64,000 nt of DNA, from NCBI RefSeq assembly GCF_006345805.1, contig NC_043018.1, forward strand, positions 24,304,001-24,368,000. The letters are read 5' to 3'. The notes beneath the pieces were generated by a model that saw only the letters and a program-made list of their open reading frames with translations, made no database searches and was not told the origin of the DNA. Each line of letters opens with the position of its first letter. The first letter of the stretch is position 1. This DNA comes from Octopus sinensis (taxonomy: Eukaryota). Positions 1 through 14,300 of this stretch are shown piece after piece. Position numbers and translations under genes: made by a program.

Positions 1-2
1 TG

Positions 3-53
<51 letters not shown>

Positions 54-1481
54 TTTACTTCTCAAAGCTCTCAATCTTACTTGCTGTCCACTTCTGTGAG
101 AGTGGATAGCAACCTGTTGTCAAAAGTCTCACAGGCTCTTTCAGAGTCTCTTTCCACAAATTATAAGACTTAGTACCTATTATTATTATTATGGGGGCAA
201 GCTGGCAGAATCGTTAGCACACAGGACGCAATGCTTAGTGGTATTTTGTCTGTCTCTATGTTCTGGGTTCAAGTTGCGCCAAGGTCACCTTTGCATTTTA
301 TCCTTTCAGGGTTCATAAAATAAGTACCAGTTGAACACAGGGGTCGATGTAATCAACTAGTCCCCTCCCTCCAAATTTCAGGCTTTGTGCCTTTAGTAGA
401 AAGGGTTATTCTCTAAAGTTTGTCTTTATGCCTGTATTAGAAATAAGGATTACTCAGAGATATAACGATTTCTGATCTGCTGGAAATAAGCCAAATCTCC
501 CTCAAATCACATCTTGCCATCTTAAATTTAAAATTTAAAAAAAAAAAAGATACAGAATAATACTTTATCATTTGATCCTTTGAAGAGGAGAGGTTGGTTA
601 AAAAAAAGCCAAGCTTGCTATCTTCTGTTTGGTTTCCGTTCCCATCTTCACCTATGGTCATGGATGTTGGGTAATGACCATACCTACCAGCACAGCCATC
701 ACTACCACTGCCATTGCTACCATCCACACCACCCCCATCACTATCATCATCACTACCACCACCAACATCATTGATACCTTTGTCACCACCATAACCAGCA
801 GCAGCAGCTGTTTAAGAATTTGGACCTGGAGATCTCCATTTCCAGCGACTTCGAGGGCCACCTCCCAGTGGTGTCGGGCGTCAATGAAGAGCCCTCGACT
901 ACAACAAGACGACCAAAATTTTTTTTTTTTTCCCCAAGGTCTGGGGTCTCCTGCCCCTAAGCCCTAGACCATCACCTAATCACCCTTACCCGGCTTGTTG
1001 CTTAACAACAACAACAACAGCAGCAGCAGCAGCAACATCATCATCATGATCATTATACCAACATCACCACCACCACCACCACCACCACCACCTTCAGTAT
1101 CGTCACTACCAACACCATTATCAGCACCATTGTCATTGCTAGAACTGTCAGCAGCAGTGTCATCATTGTCATGATCATTATCACACCACCATAACCACTG
1201 CCATTTTCTAGACTGTAGTGGTTGGTTGATGCTAAGATTTTAATCCTGCTGTCAAATGTTTTCTGTATTTTTTTTTTCTTTTTTTGTTAATTACCCAACA
1301 TGTCACTTGCTACACCAGTATGAAATAATCATGACTAATCTGGCCGTATTTGAAAAACCCTGTTCTGTTCACTTTGGTAAGCGGTGCTAACTAGCGAAAC
1401 ATTATTACTCATACAGTTTGTCATTTTGACCTGTTGTAACAAATACTGGCTTCTCTCTTTGGCTAGTGTTAATAATAGCTG

Positions 1482-1517
<36 letters not shown>

Positions 1518-1529
1518 ATATATATATAT

Positions 1530-1663
1530 TAGGTTGTCCCAAAAGTTCGTAAACACTTGCGAAAATTGAATTTTTACTCGCCAAGTACTAACAAAAACAA
1601 CAAAAATTATTCCTCAAAATAAGGACCATTATTTTCCAAGACTTTCTACGAACTTTTGGGACA

Positions 1664-1668
<5 letters not shown>
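1530..1668. mobile_element. Mariner-type MITE within a (TA)n tract
   Basis: TIRs taggttgtcccaaaagttcgta / tacgaacttttgggacaacctta. Confidence 0.85.
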
Positions 1669-1698
<30 letters not shown>

Positions 1699-2449
1699 TC
1701 ATCATCATTAACCCCATAACATCGGTTGATGTAAATTTACTTGTGCCGTGTACTCGCTTTGAATGAGATGATGAAAATATACACAGCCCTATCTGATGCT
1801 GTTTTGTACCTGTTTATACACTGGTTGATATAAATATCTGCTGTCATTCACAGAATCGATAACAGAGGCCACTGTGCAAATTTCAAGGAATCTGATAGGT
1901 TTGTTAGACTCTTCATCATCATCATCATCGTTTAACATCTGCTTTTCATGCTAGCATGGGTTGGATGAATTGATTGAGGTCTGGTGAACCAGATGGCTGC
2001 ACCAGGCTCCAATCTGATCTGGCAGAGTTTCTACAGCTGGATGCTCTTCATGTAAATATTTCCAACTCAGTTCAAGACTTCATCACCATGATAGTATAAA
2101 AACAGCAGTTTTGGTGGTTACACCACCATTTTCATGATGGCTTCCTATTGAATTCATACACATTCAGCAAAATCTTCTGGTCTTTCAAGGAATTTACAGT
2201 CACATCCAGCCACACCAGTTTCATTGAATTTATGGTCCTCACAGTGATGACAGTTTACATAAATCAACAGTGGATGCTTTGAAGCAGTTGACATAAATAT
2301 ATGCTGAACCATTGTCAAGCACTAATTGCTGATCTCGGCCAAGATGATTGCCATTAGTGCAGCCTAGTTGTCCGATAAAAAATTGTTGTCTTGGGGTTAA
2401 TATCATTTTAATGTCCACTTTCCCATGCTTGCATGGAATTGGTTGGAAT

Positions 2450-3320
2450 TTATTGAGGCAGATTTTTTTCTATGGCTGGATGCCCTTCCTGTCATCAATT
2501 TATTGACCCCAAAAGAATGAAAGGCAAAATCAACCTTGGCAGATTTAAACTCAGAACATAGCAGCGGATGAAATACCACTAAGCATTTTGCCCAGCCTGC
2601 TAACGATTCTTCCATCTCACTGCCTTAATAATAATAATAATAATAATAATTATTATAACAATAATTCTTTCTATTATAGGCACAAGGTGTGAAGTTTTGG
2701 GAGAGGGGACTAGTCGATTACATTGACCCCAGTGATCAACTGGTACTTAAGTTATTGACCCCGAAAGGATGAAAGACAAAGTCGACATCAGCAGAATTTG
2801 AACTCAGAACATAAAGATGAAATGCATTTTGCCCAGTGTGCTAATGATTCTGCCAGTTCACCATCTTAATGATAAGAGTAATCCTTTCTACTGAAGGCAG
2901 AAGGCCTGAAATTTGGGGGAATGGGACTAGTCGATTACATTGACCCCAGTGATCAACTGGTACTTATGTTATTGACCCCGAAAAGAATGAAAGACAAAGT
3001 CGACGTCAGCGGGATTTGAACTCAGAACATAAAGATGAAATGCATTTTGCCCAGTGTGCTAATGATTCTGCCAGTTCACCATCTTAATAATAAGAGTAAT
3101 CCTTTCTACTGAAGGCAGAAGGCCTGAAATTTGGGGGAACGGGACTAGTCGATTACATCGACCCCAGCGTTTTACTGGTACTCAATTTATTGACCCTGTA
3201 AAGATGAAAAGCAAAATCAATCTTGGTGGAATTTGAACTCAGAACATAGCGACGGGCGAAATACCAATCAGCATTTTTGTCCAGCGTGCTAACGATTCTG
3301 CCAACTTGCCTCCTTAATGA
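2450..3320 (-). mobile_element. Head-to-tail array of family-B-related SINEs
   Basis: tagtcgattaca recurs at 2711, 2927 and 3146. Confidence 0.8.
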
Positions 3321-4706
3321 TGGTAATAATAACAATTTGTCATTATACAAATACCACATAATTGGATTACCTCCCAAGTTGCAAGACCAACAACAACCAC
3401 CACCACCACCACAATCATTACCAATACCACCATTGCAATAACAACAACTACCAGACATCAATTAAATGAAATATCAACATGTAATTAATAGACGTTTTAC
3501 AATACGTACAATAATAACCTGATTGGATTTAGCAAATATATGAACACATGTCTGTACACATTGATAAAGCTATTAGTCCTGGAGAAGACTACTGTTCATG
3601 GCTACGAGGACACCCATCCACAGGGTAGAGGTAAAACAAAAAAACAGCAAACCCTGTTTAAATGCACCCAAGGATGATGGTGGTGCTGAACTGAGGGCTC
3701 ATTTATTCATCTCAATCATTTAACATCTGTTTTTCCATGCGGGTATGGGATGGGCAGTTTGACAGGAATCTGTGAACTGCAAGGTTGTGCACTACGGCAC
3801 TGATCCTTTAGCATTTGAGTTAGCCACGTCTGGCCCAAATATTCTGTTTTATGTTCAAACCGGGTGGATCCAGCCTTTCACACTTACCTTACAATGACAT
3901 TCTGTAATTGAACAGTCACATCTTTGAAATCTTGAAGCTCCAAGATAATGCAGGATTAATTCAAATCAGCACGGACGAGCATTTAGAGAGTGCCAACCTC
4001 CACCAAGGCAACACCAACGTCCTCTCAGCCATAAGCCAGAAATGATTTTTAAAATGAGAATATCTGAAATAAACTGAACTGCTCTCACAAACGAGAATAC
4101 TAAAAATGAACCTCTCAAAAATTAAGTAAAAAAAAACAGAAAAAATAATCCAGAATCCTTGTTCATTACTGGATTGATAATAAAATCTAATCAGTTTGTG
4201 CCAGTCACGAGGCCAAACATCCCTGAAAGTTTCATCTGACTCCATCCAGCGGTTCTTGAGATATCTTGTCCACAGACAAACATGACTGGAAACAATACCT
4301 CCGTTTTCGCTAAGGCGGATGTAATAAACAAACATTGCATTTCACAGAATTGTTAGCACACCGGATAAAACACTGAGCAGTATTTCTTCTGGCTTCACAT
4401 TCTGAGTTCAAATTCTGCTGAGGTTAACTTTGCCTTTCATCCTTTCAGGGTCAATAAGATAAAGTACCACTCAAGAACTGGAGGTCGATGCAATCAAATA
4501 GCCCCTACATCTCCCGCCGAAATTTCAATTCTTGTCTCTAGAGTAGAAAGAATTATTTATAATTTGTTTGTTTTGAGATTCATTGTTCCAAAAATGAATT
4601 ATGTAGAAGAAAAAAAAAGCAAAAAACAAACCATAATTTTTTTTTTAGATTATTTCCGTTATTTATTTGTATTTTTTGTTTTTCTCTCTCTTCAGGATAA
4701 GCAAAA

Positions 4707-4922
4707 ATGGGAAGAGGCGGAGAGAACTCCGACACAACCTCACCTAATCCCAACACTGACTCATCACAAAGATACTATTCATGGGAGGAAATCAAGAAAC
4801 ACAATCAGAAAGAGGACCGCTGGCTAGTTATAGACAGACAGGTTTACAATATAACAAATTGGTCTCAGCGCCATCCTGGAGGGAGTAAAGTGATTGGACA
4901 TTATGCAGGACAAGATGCTACA
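4707..4922 (+). CDS. FADS: FADS coding exon 1 (cytochrome b5 domain, MGRGGEN...[17 protein letters not shown])
   Basis: ATG at 4707; HPGG heme-binding motif; donor ACA|gtgagt; 216 nt, phase 0. Confidence 0.96.
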
Positions 4923-6067
4923 GTGAGTACTTGACATGCTTTTGCCTTATTCTGTCTTTTTTTTTGTTTATTGGTTGTTGTAATGAAGGTACATAGTGGA
5001 GGCAGGTGACCTAGTGGTTAAGGGTGTTGGGTTCATGGTCATAAGGTTGTGATTTCAATTCATGGACTGGGCGACGTATTATATTCTTCAGCAAAACACT
5101 TCATCTCATGTGGCTCCAGCCTATTCAGCTGGAAAAAGTGACTAATCATGCGATGGACCAGCATTCTGTTTAGGGGGTAAATACATGTACATCACAGAAA
5201 CTATGAAGTTGGCCCTTACGAATCCATAGGGGTTGAGCAAGATGCTTTATGAAGGTACATCACCTAGTGTTTAGAGGGTTGCACTCATGATCTTACGATC
5301 ATGGTTTTGATTCCTGGACTGGGCAGTATGTTGTGTTCTTGAGCAAAACGCTTCTTATGTTGCTCTGCGACCACTTTGACATCTGACATGTGGCACTCTG
5401 TGCACCTGTTCAGGTAGTGTCGATTGGATGGAGGGGGTGAGGTTATATGCAGCACAAACATTTGACTGCCATAAACTAATATTACCTGTGCAGGTTGTTC
5501 AGCAAGAAACTAGGTAACACTCGTTGGTCTTTCATGACAGGAAAATCCACTGTTTGTGTGTGTGTGTGTGAAGGCGCATGGCCTGGTGGTTCGTATTGAG
5601 TTCATGATCTTATGGTTGTAGTTTCGATTCCTGGACTGGGCAGTATGTTGTGTTCTTGAGCAAAACACTTCATTTCACTTTCCTTTGCAATCAATTTGAC
5701 ATGTGGCATGTGGCACACACAGTACACCTGTTTGGATAACATCGATTTGACAGAATGAGTGAGCTAATGTACAAAAGAAACGAATCATCTGTGCGGCTTA
5801 TTCCATAAGAAATTGTAGAATAACCTCATCTGCTGTCTCATCCTCTTGCAGTAGTGGTTTCGATTCCTGAACTGGATGGTGTATTGAGTTCTTGAGCAAA
5901 ACATGTCATTTCACATTTTTCTTTGCTTCCCAACCACATGGTTCCAGGTTCAGCCCCCACTGTGTGGCATCTTGGGCAAATATCTTCTACTGTAGCCTCA
6001 GGCAGATCAAAGCCTTGTGAGTGGATTTGCTTGACAGAAACTGAAGGAAGCCCATTTTGTGTGTGTA

Positions 6068-6101
<34 letters not shown>

Positions 6102-7480
6102 ATCTGTTTTTCCTTCCTCCTCCACCATTGCTTGCCAACCGGTGTTGGTGTGTTTATATCTCCCGTAACTTAGTGGTTCGGCAAAAGCGACCAATAGAAT
6201 AAGTACTAGGCTTACAAAGAATGTCCTGGGACTGATTTCTTTGACTAAAACCCTTTAAGGTGGTGCTCCAGCATGGCTGCAATTAAATGACTGAAACAAG
6301 TAAAAGAATGAAAGAATAGGATTACATTATTAAATTTCTTCTTCCTTGTTATTGTTGTTTAGCCCCAGGTTAGCCCACATCCAATGGACCTTTAGCTAAA
6401 GGTGTTTCCAACTGTGACCATCCTGTCTTTTTTATTGTAGGCATAGTTTCATCTTGGACTCCATTATCCTTTGTATCCTTATATTAACATGGTAGGGATT
6501 GATTGATTTGCTGCTATGTTTAGCAGGTTGAGTGACATTGTAAAGGCTTTCTCATTGATTTGTATATACATCTAGTGTATACATAGCATAGAATGTATAA
6601 GGTATATAGAATATGTATATGTGTATATGTGTGTGTATACATGTATGTGTATATATATATATATATGTATATTTATGCATGTATGCTTATATGTATGTAT
6701 ATTTGTATGTATGTGTATATGTTTATGTATGTACATATGTATATATATTATACATAGGCGCAGGGGTGGCTGTGTGGTAAGTAACTTGCTTACCAACCAC
6801 ATAGTTCCGGGTTCAGTCCCACTGCGTAGCACCTTGGTGTCTTCTACTATAGCCTCGGGCCGACCAAAGCCTTGTGAGTGGATTTGGTAGACAGAAACTG
6901 AAAGAAGCCCGTCGTATATATGTGTGTGTGTGTTTGCGCTTGTCCCCTCCAACATCGCTTGACAACCGATGCTGGTGTGTTTACATCCCCGTAACTTAGC
7001 AGTTCGGCAAGAGACCGATAGAATAAGTACTGGGCTTATAAAGAATAAGTGCTGGGGTCGATTACTTCGACTAAAGGCGGTGCTCCATCATGGCCACAGT
7101 CAAATGACGGAAACATGTAAAAGAGAGTAAAAGAGAGATATATGTATGTGTATATATTATATATATGTGTCTATGTGTGTGTATAATATATAAAGACTCC
7201 TTTTGGTCATGAATAACCATGGGATTGCATCTAGAAAGTTCCTCTCCAAGGCACAAGTCCAGGCAAGTTTGTTTATGAAAGACCAGCAGTTGCTCATGCA
7301 TACAAATCTATCATCTCCATGCTGCTGATGTTATCCAAAGGAAAGGCATCTATCTATCTATATATATATATATGAAATTGCGAGGATGATCCGGTTCTTG
7401 ACTGAAGATTAGAGGCTTCGAATGACCCGTCCGTTTTTTGTGTCGTCTATTTGAATGTTTTGCATTCTTGTCCCATTTTG

Positions 7481-7517
<37 letters not shown>

Positions 7518-8418
7518 AACATATGCATATATACATTTAATCCAAATAAGAAAACAAAGAGTTTTGCATATCTTTAATGACCAGTTATAATTGTTTCATT
7601 ACCACCCTGTTCTTACCCCTGTAATTAATTAGCTGACTATTACAAAGCATTTATTCTTTTCACACTAACATTCCTAATTTAATTTTAATCACGTTTTCAC
7701 ATTATTCTATCCTAATTTAGCTTTACACTAATTGTATTTTAATTTTCTTTCTATTCTTAACTCCCTCTTCATTTTGTTTCCAACATTATTAATATTTCAA
7801 ATATATATTTTTAAAGAAGGCGGCGAGCTGGCAGAAACGTTAGCGCGCCGGGCGAAATACTTAGTGGTATTTCGTCTGCTGCTATGTTCTGAGTTCAAAT
7901 TCCACCGAGGTCAACTTAGCCTTTCATCCTTTCGGGGTCAATTAAATAAGTACCAGTTGCGCACTGGGGTTGATGTAATCAACTTAATCCCTTTGTCTGT
8001 CCTTGTTTGTCCCTTCTGTGTTTACTATGTTTAGCCCCTTGTGGGCAAAGAAAATAAGAAACGTTAGCACGCCAGGCAAAATGTGTAACGGTTTTTCATC
8101 TGTCTTTATCTTCTGAGGTTGACTTTGCCTTTCATCCTTTCGGGATTAATAAATTAAGTACCAGTTATGTACTGGGTCAATCTAATCAACTGCCCCCCCC
8201 CCCATTTTGAGTCTTGTGCCTAGAGTAATAAAGAATATATATTTTTGAAATCTATTTCATTTTCATCCATCCAGTTTGTATCATAAGGCCAAACATCGCT
8301 GAAAGTTTCATCTGAATCCATCCAGTGGTTCATGAAATATCTTGTCCATGGACAAACAAACACTAAGGTGGAGGTAATAAAGGATTATTATAGTGGCATA
8401 GCATTACATTTTATTCTT

Positions 8419-8464
<46 letters not shown>

Positions 8465-10283
8465 TATATTTATTTTGTAGAAGGAGCTTCTACAGAACTA
8501 GCTATATATATATATATTTATATATATATTTATATATACATACACATACATATACACACACATACATACATGCACATGAACACCTGATGCACTACATGTC
8601 GTCTATAACATAGAATACATATAGTCTAACTGTTGCTGTTTAGCCCCAGGTCAGCCTTGATGTACCAGACCTATGATCAAAGGCTTTCCAGTCACGACTA
8701 TTACATCTTCCATTCAGACATAACATATCTAAGAATACACTATCCAACATGTTATTCCTTTATTAGGACAGTGAGATATTACTTGAGAAAGATTTTCTCT
8801 TATTTCTGATAGGTTGAGCAACCATGTATAGGCTATCTTGTTGCTGAGTGGCCTCTTGCCAATCCATACCCTATCTCAGGTCATTCTATAGGTCAACTGT
8901 GATTTCAGAAACCTTTTAAATATAAAATGTATTACTATCCAGAATTGATAGAACATCTCCAGTCATATATAGTTTTTTTTTGTGTTTTTTTAATCAGTTA
9001 CTTATATTCACTGCCCTACTTCTCTTAGTGACTTTTGAACCCTTGTACTCCACTTAGTCACTCTCATACTCTACTCAATTGCTGTGATAATCCGCTTAAT
9101 CACTGTCATATTCCACTCAACCTCTGTTATACTCAATCACTTCCCTACTTCACTCAGTCACTGCCATACTCCACTCAGTCACTGCCATACTCCACTTAGT
9201 CACTGCCATACTCCACTCAGCCACTGCCATACTCCACTCAGCCACTGCCATACTCTAGTCAGCCACTGCCATACTCCACTCAGCCACTGCCATACTCCAC
9301 TCAGCCACTGCCATTCTCCACTCAGCCACTACCATACTCCACTCAGCCAATGCCATACTCCACTCAGCCAATGCCATACTCCACTCAGCCAATGCCATAC
9401 TCCACTCAGCCAATGCCATACGCCACTCAACCATTGTCAAACTCGATCCCTCACATTTTGCTCACTTACTCCTATTTATTTCTTTTGTTCAACTTTTTGC
9501 TTTTTGCTAAGTAGGCACAAGCATGGCTGTATGATTAAGAATCTTGCTTTGTAACCATGTGGTTTTGGGTTCTGTCTCACTGCATAGTACCTCAGGCAGA
9601 TGTCTTCTACTGTAGCCCTAGGCCTACCAATGCTTTTTGAGTTTGATTTGGTTAATGCAAACAGTAGAGGGCCTCACTGATAATTCTCTAATTGGTCCCA
9701 GCACTTCCTAGCGCTGGCCTTGAGTATAAAATCGTATGACTTAGACAAGAGTAAATATGGTAATTAATTCAGTTTGCCAACACAAGCTCCAGTTCTTCCT
9801 TGAGAATTTTCAGAACGATTGGCGGAAAACAGTCACTGATTTACACTACATTACACTGATAGTCATCTTATCAGTGTCAGGGCCACTGATGTGTGTGGTT
9901 GGCCACCTGAACAAAACCCAGTTTTGGTTCATGTAATCCTTGTATATTTCACATAAATTAACATAAATCTATGACATTCAAGTCCATTGAGCTCTTATGG
10001 TTTTGTAGCATAACATTAACCATGTGTGTGTGTGTATGCCACCATCATCATCATTTTTAATGTCAACTTATCAATGCTTGTATGGGTGAGATAGTTTATT
10101 GAAGCAAGTTTTCTATGGTTGGATGCCCTTCTTGTTGTCACCCTTCACCTGTTTCCAAGCAAGGTAATATTTTTCCATGGTCAGGCATGGTTTTGCACAA
10201 GATTCTATGAGAGTGACAATCAGTACTCACTCACTCATTCACGAATGAATGAACGTGCACACATACACACACGCATGCGCATG

Positions 10284-10314
<31 letters not shown>

Positions 10315-11347
10315 ACAATTGTTTTTTTCTAATTACTGTCTACAAAATTCACTCTCAAGACTTTGGTTGGCCTGGAGCTATAGTAGAAGGTACTTGCCCA
10401 AGGTACCTCACAAACAGATTGATTGTGTGGAACTTAGAGGAAGTACCTTTTATTATAACCCTGGTCTAACCCAAAGCCTTATGAGTGGATTTGGTAAACA
10501 GAAATTGAAAGAAGTCCATCGTGTGTGTGTGTGTGATATTTGTGTGTCCTTGTTGTAAATGAGTGCAACTGTCATATAAGGAGTGTCCTTCATTTCTAAT
10601 ATACTGCGAAAATATGTCGGGCTGTGGGGAAAAGTTGCTTTCTTGGGAAACCGGCAAGGATTTGCAACAGAGTGGGCATCCAGTCGTGGAAACCTTGATA
10701 AACTTTGACCCATGCAAGTATGGAAAAGGAAATGTTAAAATGGTGAGGGTTGACACATACACACAATCGGGCTCCCCAGACCCCAGTTGAACCGTCCAAC
10801 CCATGCTAGCATGGAAAGCGGACGTTAAATGATGATGATGATGATGATATATATATATATATAGTGTTATTTTGGTAGTTTATTTGCTTTATTTGTCAAG
10901 TTACAACAAAAAGCAGCCTGGCATTCAAACTAAAAGCTATCATGTTACATGCTCACAATGCTTCATCAACCAAGAAGAGATGGAATCTTCAGTGAAGAAG
11001 TTCTTCACCTTGAAAAACAAGAACTGTTATCAGCTTGGGATCAAAAACTAGCAGAATGGTGGCTTCAGACAGTGCAACACGATGGCCTCTACTTTCAAGG
11101 CTAGGCTGATTTTGTTGTGATTATATGAATAAATAAATTAAGTTACCAAAATATTGCAAAATTTTTGACATTTAGTACTATAGGCGCAGGAGTGGCTGTG
11201 TGGTAAGTAGCTTGTTTACCAACCACATGGTTCGAGGTTCAGTCCCGCTGAATGGCACCTTGGGCAGGTGTCTTCTACTATAGCCTCAGGCCGACCAAAG
11301 CCTTGTGAGTGGATTTGGTAGACGGAAACTGAAAGAAGCCCGTCGTA

Positions 11348-11398
<51 letters not shown>

Positions 11399-14300
11399 TT
11401 GTGTGTCTGTGTTTGTCCCCCTAGCATTGCTTGACAACCGATGTTGGTGTGTTTATGTCCCCGTTACTTAGCGGTTCGGCAAAAGAGACCGATAGAATAA
11501 GTACTGGGCTTACAAAAGAATAAGTCCCAAGGTCGAGATGCTTGATTAAAGGCGGTACTCCAGCATGGCCGCAGTCAAATGACTGAAACAAGTAAAAGAG
11601 TAATATATATTACTGGCTTTCTGCAGTTTCTGCCTGCCGAATTTACTAACAAGGCAGCATTGGGTCTACATTGGGGAAGACACAAACTACTGTGCAGTGG
11701 AAATGAACCTGAAACCATATAGTTGTGAAGCAAATTTCTTAACCACACAGACATATTTGTGTCTATATAATACAAATAGGGAAAGCAGGAAAAGACCCAA
11801 TGTTCCATTAGGTAGCCACTGTTAAAGAAGCTCATTATATTTCTCACGACAACTGTCTTTCTCAATACTCTGCAACTTCACACTGCAAGTATAGAACAGT
11901 TGTAATCTTAGAAGTTATCTTGTGTAACCCCTAGGAGTACACATAGCTATTTCTTTACTACCTACAAGGGGCTAAACACAGAGGGGACAAACAAGGACAG
12001 ACAAACGGATTAAGTCGATTATATTGACTCCAGTGCATAACAGGTACTTAATTTATCGAGCACGAAAGGATGAAAGGCAAAGTCGACCTCAGTGGAATTA
12101 GAACACAGAACGTAGCGGCAGACAAAATATCGCTAAGCATTTCGCCCGACATGCTAACGTTTCTGCCAGCTCGCCATACACATACCCTTGTTTGAGAACC
12201 CCCTTTCCAGACTATAAAGAGCCCTGACATTGTTTAATGCTCTTTTGTCCAGTTATGGTCAAATCTGAGAATGTTAAACTTTAAATAGTCTTCCAAACAA
12301 AATGACTGTGTGTGTGTGTGTGCATCTGTCTGTCTTTTTTTCCCCTTGTCCCCAAATGAACTTTCAGAGCTGAAACTGTTGCCTTTCACTGTAAGTTGAC
12401 ACCAGTCATGAGAAAACATTCTAATAATCATTTTAACTTAACCTTTAAAAAATGTCAAATGTGAAACCATGGCTATATAAAGTTAGGCTGACTCTGTCTA
12501 GATTTAAAATTGAAACTTCATATTCTTTACATTTATTCTTTTACTGGTCTCAGTTACTGGATCGTGGCCATGCTGGGGCACCACATTCATACCAAATTCC
12601 AGTTCTTATTTCAGCCTGTTATTTATTTCATTGAGCTCTGTTTATAGAAACACTGTTGTGTTTTGACATCAACATACAGAGATGCCCACTCTGTTGCCAA
12701 CCCTTTTCTGTTTTCCAAAAATGTAACATTTCCCCATGGCCCGACATATTTTCGCAGTATATTAGAAATGAAGGACACTGCTTATATGACAGTTGCACTC
12801 ATATGACAGTTGCACTCATATGACAGTTGCACTCATATGACAGTTGCACTTATATGACAGTTGCACTCAAGGACACACAAATATCACATACACGATGGGC
12901 TTCTTTCAATTTCTGTTTACCAAATCCACTCACAAGGCTTTTGTTAGACCAGGGTTATAATAACCTCTTTGCAACCACATGGTTTTGAGTTCAGTCCCAC
13001 TGTGTGGCACCTTGGGCAAATATCTTCTACTGTAGCACCAGACAAACCAATCTCTTGTGAGTGAATTTGGTAGACAGAAACCGTGTAGAAGTCCATCATA
13101 CATATGCACGTCTGTCTGTCGGTCTGTTCCACCCCTCCCCCCTCGCCATACTAATGCACATACACACACTGACAAAATCACACACACTCCTCACTCTACA
13201 CAGTAGTTTGATTCTGCGTATCACCATGCGAATCAAAATCGTTTAAATAGAGGGAGATATGATTTAATGATATTCTTGATGATAAGAATAATAACAACAA
13301 CAAAATGAAATTTAAATAATTTGTTAAAATGGGGATAAAAATACAATTATTGTGTGCATGTAAGTATTATAATCATCGTTTAACGTCCTCCTATCATGCT
13401 AGTATGGGTTAGACAATTTGATGGGAGCCAGCCACGTAGTAGACCACACCATGCTTCTGAGTGTGTTTTGGCAGGGCTTTTTATGACTGGATGCCCTTCC
13501 TAACACTAACCACTCCGTAGAGTGGGCTGCGTGCTTTTTACATGGCACCAGCACAAGCAAGGTCAGTTTTGGCAAGGTTTTTACAGCTGGATGCCCTTCC
13601 AAATGTCAACCACTTTACAGTGTGGACTGGGTGCTTTTTAAGTTGCACCTGCACTGGTGGAGATCACCAAGTGACTTTACAAGACAAAGAGTTTTTGAGA
13701 GGGGAGGGGGCATTGGAGGAATGATCTTGTGTCAGATGATGAAAGGTTAGAGTATGACAGAGAAGCAGAGTTAGATGTCTTGCTGCAGAGGAGGTACATG
13801 GTTACCAAGCCAGAGAGAGGGGAGGAGAAAGAGGAGAGAAACAGTGAGAGTTAACAAGTATGAGGGCAGCAGAAATATATATATATAAAGGCGGCGAGCT
13901 GGCAGAAATGTTAGCACGCCGGGCGAAATGCGTAGCTGTATTTCGTCTGCTGTTACTTTCCGAGTTCAAATTCCACCAAGGTCGACTTTGCCTTTCATCC
14001 TTTCGGGGTCGATATAATCGACTTAATCCATTTGTCTGTCCTTGTTTGTCCCCTCTGTGTTTAGCCCCTTGTGGGTAGTAAATATATATATATATATATA
14101 TAAATATAATGTGTGTAAGTATATATGTATATATGTTTGTGTGTGTGTATATTTTATAAACAAATTTTGAAAGTGCTGTGTGGTTGAATGTGGTTGATAT
14201 TTTACAGATAAGAAAATAAATTTCGAATGCAGTAAAGTTCTAAGAAAGATTCTCTGCTGTTCTTACAGCTTTACTGTATTTGAAATTTCATTTCTTGTCT

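Noticed and set aside
580-1200. His/Thr/Gln-rich ORFs
   Set aside because: Decayed CAC/CAT/CAG triplet repeats with no recognisable domain.
7385-7470. CTGAAGA...TTCGAA motif
   Set aside because: Stem II and GAAAC are not formed; it may be an old Penelope-type relic but cannot be supported.
9084-9554. 156-aa ORF with (SHCHTPL)n, resembling a His-Cys-rich protein
   Set aside because: It is a 21-bp (7-codon) minisatellite in intron 1 that stays open by periodicity; there are no splice or homology signals.
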